Source of the DNA: an uncultured virus (IMG/VR IMGVR_UViG_3300037601_000035)
Taxonomy: Duplodnaviria > Heunggongvirae > Uroviricota > Caudoviricetes
Virus record (IMG/VR): IMGVR_UViG_3300037601_000035
Length of the DNA: 20,000 nucleotides
Direction: 5' to 3' (one strand)
Shown here: piece by piece, positions 1 to 7,987 of the stretch
Layout: each line of letters opens with the position of its first letter
Numbering within the stretch: position 1 is the first letter of the stretch
The notes under the pieces: model-generated
The model's input: the letters and a program-made list of their open reading frames with translations, nothing else
Databases searched by the model: none
Told to the model about the DNA's origin: nothing
Made by a program: the position numbers and the translations under genes

Positions 1-624
1 TTAACAGAAAATAATGCTTATGATGTTTGTAGGTATTTTAAAAATAGACCGGGCAGAATTCTTTATCACTATAAATATTCTAATTTAGATGTAGATACAG
101 TTAAAGAATATTGTATAGATCATGGAGTTCCTGAAAATCTTGCTAATGAATTAGCTTCTATGTCTAGTAGTATAGTAGACTTTAATTTTGATATTCTACA
201 AGCATTGGTAGATGATTACAAAATTCACAGAGAACCAAAGTTTTATAATTCATTTAAACATTTAAATGTTGAATTTATAGATAGAGGATATACTAAATTC
301 AAAGTATCTAAATTATATTTAAATGATAAAGAAGTTAAATTTAAACAAAAAAGACTTTTTGAAGATTTCATTGGAAATGGATGGAACACGAAGCTTCGTA
401 AAGGATATTTAGAATTTGAAGATGAAAAAATAGAAAAGATTTTATTCGGAGAAGAGTTAAACAGAGGATTTTCTTTAGATTCAGAAAACATTATTGAAAG
501 ACGGGAAGATAAATATGTACTAGAACGTAAATTAGAAAAAGATACTTTGATATTTATTTTAGAAGAAGATCCCGATTCAAAAGATAATTATATGCGTAAA
601 CCCTATTTAATAGAAGGTGTTTAA
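1..624 (+). CDS. AAA+ ATPase, C-terminal part (5'-truncated by the window edge); paralog of 1185-2258
   Basis: Frame +1 is open from base 1 (LTENNAYDVCRYFKNRPGRILYHYKY...), so the ATG at 160 is internal. It contains the NRPGRI arginine-finger/SRH motif and NFDILQALVDDY, matching NRPGRIYYHF and NFDILQTIVEDY in the downstream ATPase. Confidence 0.8.
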   Translation, partial: LTENNAYDVCRYFKNRPGRILYHYKYSNLDVDTVKEYCIDHGVPENLANELASMSSSIVDFNFDILQALVDDYKIHREPKFYNSFKHLNVEFIDRGYTKFKVSKLYLNDKEVKFKQKRLFEDFIGNGWNTKLRKGYLEFEDEKIEKILFGEELNRGFSLDSENIIERREDKYVLERKLEKDTLIFILEEDPDSKDNYMRKPYLIEGV

Positions 625-625
625 A

Positions 626-1195
626 ATGGAAGTAAGAAATTTATTTAGAAAAATAAAATATCCTATAGAATTATACGATAAAAATGGAAATCTAATATAC
701 CATGAAAATAGTTCAGGTTTCTGGACAAAGAGAGAATATGATAAAAATGGCAATCAAATTTATATGATAAATTCTATGGGACTTTGGGCAAAAAACGAAT
801 TTGACGACCAAGGAAATCAAATATATTGGGAAAATAAATATAAAGTTTTTCAAGATGATAGAATAAACAAAGGAGTAAAAATGAGTACTGAACTAAAACA
901 AAAATTACAAGAAAAAGTAGCTAGAAATGAACCTATACGTAAAGATCGTATAGAATTGGACATATATCACTTTATGTCTAAAGCTGCTGAAGAAGGAGCA
1001 ATTTCTACTGTTATAGAAGGAGTAGAAGTTTCTACTCAAAAATATAATCAATCTCAATTTCAAATAGTGAAAGAATATTTAGATGAAAATGAAATCTATT
1101 ATCGCGTTCTAAATACTTATAAAAACACAAATGGTAATGATACAAAGGATATTTTTATACAATGGGGAGAAAAAGAAGTAACCGATGAAAACTAG
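626..1195 (+). CDS. Hypothetical protein with N-terminal 21-aa (Y/F)DxxGNxIY repeats; probably two genes fused in frame (second start at 881)
   Basis: The ORF track starts at GTG 617, but ATG 626 has AAGGTG upstream. Three repeat units start at 674, 737 and 800. An internal AGGAGTAAAA-ATG lies at 871-883. Confidence 0.65.
   Translation: MEVRNLFRKIKYPIELYDKNGNLIYHENSSGFWTKREYDKNGNQIYMINSMGLWAKNEFDDQGNQIYWENKYKVFQDDRINKGVKMSTELKQKLQEKVARNEPIRKDRIELDIYHFMSKAAEEGAISTVIEGVEVSTQKYNQSQFQIVKEYLDENEIYYRVLNTYKNTNGNDTKDIFIQWGEKEVTDEN
674..835 (+). repeat. Degenerate coding tandem repeat, 63-nt period, about 2.6 units
   Basis: YDKNGNLIYHENSSGFWTKRE / YDKNGNQIYMINSMGLWAKNE / FDDQGNQIYWEN. Confidence 0.8.
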
Positions 1196-2258
1196 ATACA
1201 TCCACGATAACGATAAAATATCTGTTATTAACTTTGCAGATAATTCGATTAAAGAAAAAATTTCACCTGGAGTTTATTCGGTAGAACATAGTCTTTCTTT
1301 AGGATATTTTTTAAAAATAAATAAACCTAAATTTGAGCTTCCTGAAAAAATATACGGAGATGTAGATAAAAGAATTTCTAGAATTATGAAAACTTATGAA
1401 TCAAAAGATACTTCTTTAGGTGTTCTTTTGACAGGACTTAAAGGTTCTGGTAAAACTTTGTTAATTAAGAAATTAGCAAACACTTTTATAGAAGAAAAAG
1501 AACTCCCTATAGTTCTTATAAATTCAAACTATACAGATGAACAATTTTTAAATTTTCTAAATTCGTTAAAAGAATGTGTTCTAGTATTCGATGAATTTGC
1601 AAAAAATTATCCTGATTTATATTATGATGAAGAAGGTGGACAGAGTAAACTACTTTCATTATTTGATGGTGTAAATAGTTTTAAAAGATTAATTCTTCTT
1701 TCTGAAAACAAACTTCATAAAATAAATGAATTTTACTTAAATAGACCAGGAAGAATTTATTATCATTTTACTTATGAAGAACTTTCAACTGATGTTATTA
1801 GAGATTATTGTGAAGATTTAAATGTTCCAGAATCAATGATTCAAAAAATTATTCAAGTTTCTCCGTTAATTGAAATGAATTTTGATATTTTACAAACTAT
1901 TGTAGAAGATTATTTAATTCATAAAGAAGAAAATATACATGAAATGTTAAAGATTCTAAATATTAGATATAGAAATTCTTTAATCAATTTTGAGTTGGCA
2001 AAAGTTTTAATCAATGATAAAGAAATAGAATATAAACTAAAACAAAAAAGCATTCCAGATTTTATAACAGAGGATGATTCTATTTGGGTATCTTCTCTAA
2101 TAGAATGTGAAGAAGATATATCCAATCGCGATGGAAGATTTGATAAAAAACATATCATAGAACGAAAAGGCGATATTCTTATTTTAAGAAACGCAGAGAT
2201 AACAATTCATTTAAAAAGAATAGTTCCTAATTTTATGAACTATAACACAATTTTATAA
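1185..2258 (+). CDS. AAA+ family ATPase
   Basis: Walker A GLKGSGKT, Walker B LVFDEF and SRH/arginine finger NRPGRI. Confidence 0.9.
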   Translation: MKTRYIHDNDKISVINFADNSIKEKISPGVYSVEHSLSLGYFLKINKPKFELPEKIYGDVDKRISRIMKTYESKDTSLGVLLTGLKGSGKTLLIKKLANTFIEEKELPIVLINSNYTDEQFLNFLNSLKECVLVFDEFAKNYPDLYYDEEGGQSKLLSLFDGVNSFKRLILLSENKLHKINEFYLNRPGRIYYHFTYEELSTDVIRDYCEDLNVPESMIQKIIQVSPLIEMNFDILQTIVEDYLIHKEENIHEMLKILNIRYRNSLINFELAKVLINDKEIEYKLKQKSIPDFITEDDSIWVSSLIECEEDISNRDGRFDKKHIIERKGDILILRNAEITIHLKRIVPNFMNYNTIL

Positions 2259-2275
2259 AAAGAGGAGAATAAAAA

Positions 2276-3682
2276 ATGAGCGCAGATGTTGGAATAATTG
2301 TTGGAAGATTTCAGGTTCCTTATTTACATGAAGGACATAAAAATACTATTCAAACAGTATTAGATAATCATAAACAAATTGCAATATTTTTAGGGGTAGG
2401 ACATACGAGAGGACTTCCTAAAAATCCTTATGACTACAACACTAGAAGAAATATGATGCAATCTACTTTTCCAGAAGTAGGACTTTCTATTCATTCTATA
2501 GGAGATAAAAGAAGTGATAAAGAATGGTCTATTGAATTGGATAAAAGAATTTCAGAAATCTTTCCTGGAAGGTCAATAGTTCTTTATGGATCAAGAGATT
2601 CATTTATAAGTAGGTATCACGGAGTTCATGAAACTTTAGAACTTGAAACAGATGTATTTGTATCCGGAACAGAAATTAGAGAAGAACATAAAAATAGTTT
2701 ACTTGCTGAAGAAGCATTTAGAATTGGTATTAACTATTCAGTAAATGATAGATATTTTAATCCTATTCCAACTGTAGATATAGCAGTAATTAAAAGACAA
2801 GAAGAAAAAGTATTACTTGCTAGAAAGGACGGAGAAACTAAATATAGATTTATTGGAGGTTTCGTAGATACTACAGATGAAAGTTTAGAAAGAGCAGCAA
2901 TAAGAGAATTAAAGGAAGAAGCAGGAAATGATATTGAAGTAAGTCAAGATATAAAATATGTTACTTCTAGATTAGTAGATGATTGGAGATACAGTGGTGA
3001 AGCTGTAAAGCCTTTAACTACTTTATATGCTGTAGAATATATGTGGGGAACCCCGAGACCTAGTGATGATATAGTTGAATTGAAATGGTTTGATTTAAAT
3101 TCTTTAAGTTCTGATGATCTAATGGATGAACATTTTATTTTAGCAGAAAGACTAAAAGAAAAACTGCATGATATTGATCTTTATAAAATTAAACAATACG
3201 AACCTACTTTAGATTTTGAAGATGAAGATTTTACTCCAAAGAAAAGCATAGCAGAACGTTATGGCAAAAAGGAACCTACATGGAAAGAAAAATTAGATTT
3301 AAAAAATAATTCAAAAGAAATAGTAAAAGAAAATCTAAAAGATATTTTAAAAATAGCAGGAACTTATAAAAAAGCTGCTCAAATATCAGGACTTACTAGA
3401 GATCAAATACTATATAGAGCTAGAAAGTTAAAGGTAGGTGGTAAAAAAGGAAGACCTTCTTCAAAAAAGGATTCTACAAATGGAAGACTTTCAAACAGTC
3501 AACTTAATTGGAATATCAAACTGAGTACGAAGTTAAATAATCATTCTGAAATGGCTAGTAATTTAAGAGAGCTTTCTGACAAAGCAGATGGAAAAATTGC
3601 TAAAATGGCTAAAATATCAGGGATGAGCTATGGACAAATCAATTATAGACTAAATAAATATGTTTATAATAATTTTATTTAA
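2276..3682 (+). CDS. nadM: Bifunctional NMN adenylyltransferase / Nudix (ADP-ribose pyrophosphatase-like) hydrolase with a C-terminal extension carrying two Fis-like HTH motifs
   Basis: N-terminal GRFQVPYLHEGH (HxGH nucleotidyltransferase motif) and SGTEIR. Nudix box GGFVDTTDESLERAAIRELKEEAG. The basic tail has ILKIAGTYKKAAQISGLTRDQILYRARKL and LSDKADGKIAKMAKISGMSYGQINYRLNKY. Confidence 0.88.
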   Translation: MSADVGIIVGRFQVPYLHEGHKNTIQTVLDNHKQIAIFLGVGHTRGLPKNPYDYNTRRNMMQSTFPEVGLSIHSIGDKRSDKEWSIELDKRISEIFPGRSIVLYGSRDSFISRYHGVHETLELETDVFVSGTEIREEHKNSLLAEEAFRIGINYSVNDRYFNPIPTVDIAVIKRQEEKVLLARKDGETKYRFIGGFVDTTDESLERAAIRELKEEAGNDIEVSQDIKYVTSRLVDDWRYSGEAVKPLTTLYAVEYMWGTPRPSDDIVELKWFDLNSLSSDDLMDEHFILAERLKEKLHDIDLYKIKQYEPTLDFEDEDFTPKKSIAERYGKKEPTWKEKLDLKNNSKEIVKENLKDILKIAGTYKKAAQISGLTRDQILYRARKLKVGGKKGRPSSKKDSTNGRLSNSQLNWNIKLSTKLNNHSEMASNLRELSDKADGKIAKMAKISGMSYGQINYRLNKYVYNNFI

Positions 3683-3693
3683 AGGTACATATC

Positions 3694-3888
3694 ATGTCAC
3701 AAAAACATAATTTTAAAATAGGTGATATAGTGGTATTAAATTCAGGAGGACCTGATATGAAAATAATTGGAATACTTGAAGAAGATTTAGTATATCGCTC
3801 TATTGAATGTATGTGGAAAGATAATAGAGAAATTTCTAAATTTCACAATTTTCATCCAGCAACAATACATTTAAAAGAGGAGAAATAA
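3694..3888 (+). CDS. YodC/DUF2158-like small protein
   Basis: FKIGDIVVLNSGGPDMKI...ECMW...FHPATI matches the recalled family pattern FxxGDxVxLKSGGPxMTV...CxW. Confidence 0.75.
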   Translation: MSQKHNFKIGDIVVLNSGGPDMKIIGILEEDLVYRSIECMWKDNREISKFHNFHPATIHLKEEK

Positions 3889-3890
3889 AA

Positions 3891-4082
3891 ATGAAAAAAT
3901 ATTTAATTTTAATCGCTTTATTATTTTTAATAAGCTGTAATGATAATCAAAATTCTAAAGAAGATTCTACAAAAGAACCTCAACAAGAATTACAATTTGA
4001 TGAAAGAGATACTTTAGAAGCAACTAGTCCTGAAGGAGAACTTCCTGAAGGAGAATATGAACACAATGGGCCTATTGCCTAG
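3891..4082 (+). CDS. Small lipoprotein
   Basis: MKK, then hydrophobic YLILIALLF, then lipobox LISC, followed by an acidic low-complexity mature region. Strong RBS AGGAGAAATAAAAATG. Confidence 0.75.
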   Translation: MKKYLILIALLFLISCNDNQNSKEDSTKEPQQELQFDERDTLEATSPEGELPEGEYEHNGPIA

Positions 4083-4094
4083 GAGAAATAAAAA

Positions 4095-5588
4095 ATGAAG
4101 TTTGAATTATTATATGGATCGGACTCTTATAAAGTCGGTCATCACCAACAATACCCAGAAGACGTAACTAAAATATACTCTTATTTTGAAGCAAGAGGAT
4201 TTAAAGAACCTTTTATAACTGAACCGTCTGTAGTAGTATATGGATTGGACTATCTTTTAGAAAATCTAGAAGGAATTCAATTTACTAAAGAAGGTATTGA
4301 AGAAGCAAAAGAATTCTATAAGAATCATTTTGGTTATGAAGTATTTAATGAAGAAGGATTTAACTATCTTTTAGAAAAACATAACGGAACTTTACCTTTA
4401 AAAATTAAAGCAGTTCCGGAAGGATCTGTAGTTCCAATTGGAAATGTTTTAATGACAGTAGAAAACACCGACTCTGATATGCCAGGAGAAACAGCTAAAT
4501 GGTTAACTAATTACGTAGAAACTTATTTGACACATCTTTGGTATACTACTTCAGTAGCTACACTTTCAAGAGAAATTAAAGCACTAATTTCAGCTTTTGC
4601 TTTCTTAACTCTTTCTGCAGAAGAAATGGAAGCATATCTTCCTTTTGCATTACATGATTTTGGAATGAGAGGATCTGTTGGACACGAATCTGCATATCTT
4701 GCAGGAGCTGCTCATCTTATAAACTTCTTAGGAACTGATACAACATCAGCTATGAGATTTATAGAAAAATTTCATGGAAAGGAAGAGCAAATTCCTGGTT
4801 ATTCAGTAATGGCTTCGGAACATTCTGTAATGACAATTAATGGAAAAGAAGGAGAAAAAGATCAATTCAAAAAATTAATTGACCTTTGTCCTGAAGAGAA
4901 AATAGTTTCTATAGTATCAGATTCTTATAACATTTATAATGTTGTAGAAAATTGGGTTTGTGGAGAATTTAAAGATGAAATTCTTTCAGGAACTAAAAAG
5001 ATAGTTATTCGACCGGATTCAGGAGATCCTAAAAAAGTACTTACTAGAATACTAAATATCCTAGAAGACAATTTAGAAATATCTATAAATGAAAGAGGAT
5101 ATAAAGTCCTTCCACCTCAAATAGGTTTAATCTGGGGAGACGGTATTGGATTAGAAGATATTCGAAATATTTTATCTATGATGACTACTTCTAATTGGGC
5201 AACTTCAAATATAGTATTTGGTATGGGTGGAGGACTTCATCAAAAAGTAAATAGAGATTCTTTAAAGTTTGCTTTTAAAGCATGTTATGCAGAAAAAAGA
5301 GATGGAACAACAATTGATATTTACAAAGATCCTATTACTGATCAAGGAAAGTCTTCTAAGAAAGGAAAACTAAAACTTATAGAAGATTCTAAAACAGGAG
5401 ATTTAGTAACTGTTTCTTCTTCTACAGATCCTAAACTATATGCAATGTCCGAAGAACTAGGAGATGATCAACTAAAAATTGCTTTCTTAAATGGAAAAAT
5501 AGTTAGACAAAAATCTAAATTTTCTGAAATAAGAGAAAGAGCAAAGTTAACTCCACCTAAAACAACTATTATAGATATAACAAATTAA
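4095..5588 (+). CDS. nadV: Nicotinamide phosphoribosyltransferase (NAMPT)
   Basis: Motifs DSYKVGH, LHDFGMRG, GTDT, ASEHS, SIVSDSYN, IRPDSGDP, GDGI, FGMGGGLHQKVNRD and KDPITDQGKSSKKG. Confidence 0.93.
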   Translation: MKFELLYGSDSYKVGHHQQYPEDVTKIYSYFEARGFKEPFITEPSVVVYGLDYLLENLEGIQFTKEGIEEAKEFYKNHFGYEVFNEEGFNYLLEKHNGTLPLKIKAVPEGSVVPIGNVLMTVENTDSDMPGETAKWLTNYVETYLTHLWYTTSVATLSREIKALISAFAFLTLSAEEMEAYLPFALHDFGMRGSVGHESAYLAGAAHLINFLGTDTTSAMRFIEKFHGKEEQIPGYSVMASEHSVMTINGKEGEKDQFKKLIDLCPEEKIVSIVSDSYNIYNVVENWVCGEFKDEILSGTKKIVIRPDSGDPKKVLTRILNILEDNLEISINERGYKVLPPQIGLIWGDGIGLEDIRNILSMMTTSNWATSNIVFGMGGGLHQKVNRDSLKFAFKACYAEKRDGTTIDIYKDPITDQGKSSKKGKLKLIEDSKTGDLVTVSSSTDPKLYAMSEELGDDQLKIAFLNGKIVRQKSKFSEIRERAKLTPPKTTIIDITN

Positions 5589-5595
5589 AGGGAAA

Positions 5596-6015
5596 ATGGA
5601 AATAAAAGGAAAAATAGGTAGAGGATCATCTGTAAGTTTAACATGTTGTACCGATATAGAAGACATTACAATTGATGATAAATCACTTTATCAGATGTTA
5701 ATGGAATTATTCGATGAAGATGAACAAGAGCATTGGGAAAATCACGTAAACGGTAAAAGACTTTTTATGAGGTATGTTGTAACAGAAGAAAAATTTGATG
5801 AAACTTATTCTTTTGAACAAGTAGTTGCCGAAACAGTAAATTCAATGTTATATTCTGAACATATTTCAGGATGCTATTCTGAATGGACATGTGGATATGG
5901 TGGATTTGATTATATTGTACAAGACGGACGTTCTATATTTACAGAATTAGAAAGTCATATTGGAAAACATTTACATTTAAAATTAGATTTCAATGAGGAA
6001 TTTGAAGATGAGTAA
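5596..6015 (+). CDS. Hypothetical acidic protein
   Basis: 139-aa ORF in the tightly packed operon. It contains GCYSEWTCGYGG but no recognised family. Confidence 0.7.
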   Translation: MEIKGKIGRGSSVSLTCCTDIEDITIDDKSLYQMLMELFDEDEQEHWENHVNGKRLFMRYVVTEEKFDETYSFEQVVAETVNSMLYSEHISGCYSEWTCGYGGFDYIVQDGRSIFTELESHIGKHLHLKLDFNEEFEDE

Positions 6016-6457
6016 AATTTGGAAATTTGGAAACGAAGACGATAATATTAATGTAGTAAAGATATTAGTAGAAATTGCAAATGCTATGGAAAAAGATACA
6101 GATGGTGAATTTAAATGTTCTGTTTCATTTTTTGATTCAAATACTTATAGTGACTCGTGTAGAATTTCATATATTCTTAGTATATCTGATAAACATTCTA
6201 CATATTCTTTATTAAAATTAAATTTTAATTATTATACGTCTAAAAACAATATAGAAATACAAATTGCACCAGCTGAGTTAATTAATCCAAATAAAATTAG
6301 TTACGTATTTTGGGTTAAAACAGAAGAAGAATTGAAAAGTAAATTAATTGAATGGATCCAATGTGATGAAATAGCAAACCCTATATCAAGTATGATTCAT
6401 CATCTACGCGCTATATCAAAAAGTAAAGAAGAATACGCAAAATTAAATACTAAGTAA
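6008..6457 (+). CDS. Hypothetical protein
   Basis: ORF track 5993-6457. ATG 6008 gives a short overlap with the previous stop and is the more likely start. Confidence 0.65.
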   Translation: MSKIWKFGNEDDNINVVKILVEIANAMEKDTDGEFKCSVSFFDSNTYSDSCRISYILSISDKHSTYSLLKLNFNYYTSKNNIEIQIAPAELINPNKISYVFWVKTEEELKSKLIEWIQCDEIANPISSMIHHLRAISKSKEEYAKLNTK

Positions 6458-6469
6458 AATGGAAATACA

Positions 6470-6795
6470 ATGAAAATTTCAAAAATTAAACAAAAATTAG
6501 AACACACCATATAGAAAATTCTGTTATTAGTGATTCAGAAATAAAAGAAGGATTAAAACAATCTCTCGATTCTGAAACTATAAATGCTCTAAAAGAAGCT
6601 CTTAAAATAGTAAATAATTATGAACTTATGAAAGACATCTCAAAAATAGAAGCAAAAATAAAAGAAACAAAACAAAAGAAAATATTTTTCGTAGATGTTC
6701 AAAATTTTGATACTGCCTCCAAATTAAGAACTATTGAACTTGATCTAGAAAAAGAACTTACTAAAAAACGAGATTTATTAGAAAAATCAGAATAA
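6470..6795 (+). pseudogene. Frameshifted small coiled-coil gene with a UVR (UvrB/UvrC/ClpC-type) motif
   Basis: ATG 6470 reads MKISKIKQKLEHTI* in frame +2. Frame +1 continues IENSVISDSEIKEG...KKIFFVDVQNFDTASKLRTIELDL...KSE* to 6795. Removing 2 nt at ACACACCATATAG (about 6502-6514) joins the two parts. Confidence 0.6.
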
Positions 6796-6817
6796 TAAAA
6801 AATAATTTCCTCCTCTG

Positions 6818-6853
6818 GGCCTCATAGATTAATTCTGGAGGCCTTTTGTTTTT
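6818..6853 (+). terminator. Rho-independent terminator
   Basis: GGCCTC (6818-6823) and GAGGCC (6838-6843) form a stem followed by TTTTGTTTTT, at the end of the operon. Confidence 0.75.
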
Positions 6854-6949
6854 AATACAGTTACATACATCATCACACATAAAATTAAACCTGATGCTCC
6901 TCTGCACTCCCTAGTGCATTTAGAATAAAACTTTAGAAATATTTAAAAT

Positions 6950-6990
6950 TTAATTTTTTTATTTAAAAAATTTTTCTTATATTACATCAT
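6950..6990 (+). promoter_or_regulatory. Putative promoter for the 7022-12058 gene run
   Basis: This is the only long non-coding gap on the plus arm, just after a terminator. An AT tract ends in TTTTTCTTATATTAC about 35 nt before ATG 7022. A small hairpin TGCACT-ccct-AGTGCA lies at 6903-6918. Confidence 0.4.
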
Positions 6991-7021
6991 ATTCAATTAA
7001 CAATTATAGGAAAAGTAAAAT

Positions 7022-7420
7022 ATGGAAAAGACATTACAAGAAATGTTTGATGAACTTACCTTTAAGTTTGCACAGTATACAGAAATTACTGATCTTGCCT
7101 TTAAAGCAAATCAAGGTTATGATGACGGAAATTACAAAAGATTTTTTCTTTGTTTAGATACTCATGATTTTTGGTTGGTTAGAATCCAAGAAGGATGGAA
7201 CCAAGAATATGAAAGACAGGAAGGAATGTGGTTATTAGAAAGAGACAAAATCGAAAAAGATTTTAAAGGTGAAGATGTTACTTTTGAGAAGCTTATAGAT
7301 ATATTGGAAAACGATTCGTTTGAGAATTGGGACGTCTATGAAAGTGAAGATTTAGACGAATTACTTACTGATTATGTTGACGGCGGTTACGGTATTAATA
7401 ACTTTAAAATAGAGGTTTAA
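7022..7420 (+). CDS. Hypothetical acidic protein
   Basis: 132-aa ORF with AGGA upstream; first gene after the intergenic gap. Confidence 0.75.
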   Translation: MEKTLQEMFDELTFKFAQYTEITDLAFKANQGYDDGNYKRFFLCLDTHDFWLVRIQEGWNQEYERQEGMWLLERDKIEKDFKGEDVTFEKLIDILENDSFENWDVYESEDLDELLTDYVDGGYGINNFKIEV

Positions 7421-7421
7421 A

Positions 7422-7757
7422 ATGAATTTATTAGATGAAAAATTAGAATTGTATAAAAAAGAAGTAGAGACTTTAGAAAAAAAGAATTTTAATAAATTGA
7501 AAGAAGAATTTGTTGGTCGCTATATAGAAACATCTTTTATCGTAGGTAAAATTAAAGATATTACTACTAATGGACCATTCTTTAAAGAATCTTTGAGAGA
7601 TGTTGTTTTGGTTATTTCAGGAATTGATAGAAATGGACAACGTACATCTTTTGATTTACTAGTAAACAAAGTAGGATTTTCTCTTATATCTGAAGAAGAA
7701 TTTATGACTGCTACTAAGGAAATATTTGAAGAAGCGATTGAAAAAGTAAAAGGATAA
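7422..7757 (+). CDS. Hypothetical protein
   Basis: 111-aa ORF with a GAGG RBS, abutting the previous gene. Confidence 0.7.
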   Translation: MNLLDEKLELYKKEVETLEKKNFNKLKEEFVGRYIETSFIVGKIKDITTNGPFFKESLRDVVLVISGIDRNGQRTSFDLLVNKVGFSLISEEEFMTATKEIFEEAIEKVKG

Positions 7758-7773
7758 TTTAGGAGAAATAAAA

Positions 7774-7986
7774 ATGAAATTTAAGAAAATAGATTTTTTA
7801 GTAGGTATTTTTCTTCCTCCTATTTTAATGCTTTTATGTTTTTTAATTATTACAGGATCTCTAAATGAAACTTTTAGTCTGTTAAAAAATTTTAATCATA
7901 CGTTTTTATTAGTGCTTTTATGGATAGTAGAATCCATAGTATTTACAATAGTTAGTTTTAATGTAAGAATTGGATGGAGAAAATAA
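7774..7986 (+). CDS. Small membrane protein (2 predicted TM segments)
   Basis: Two long hydrophobic stretches and an AGGAGAAATAAAAATG leader. Confidence 0.7.
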   Translation: MKFKKIDFLVGIFLPPILMLLCFLIITGSLNETFSLLKNFNHTFLLVLLWIVESIVFTIVSFNVRIGWRK

Positions 7987-7987
7987 A

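Noticed and set aside
243..2158. Minus-strand ORFs 243-491 and 1919-2158
   Set aside because: Antisense shadows of the AAA+ ATPase genes, with S/F/L-rich composition.
4095..5588. NARP1 pathway (Adps + Namat)
   Set aside because: There is no PRPP-synthetase-like Adps gene in the window. The partner is an NMNAT, which fits NARP2 or classical salvage.
6796..7021. tRNA or structured ncRNA in the intergenic gap
   Set aside because: No cloverleaf or T-loop motif; only a terminator and a 6-bp hairpin are visible.
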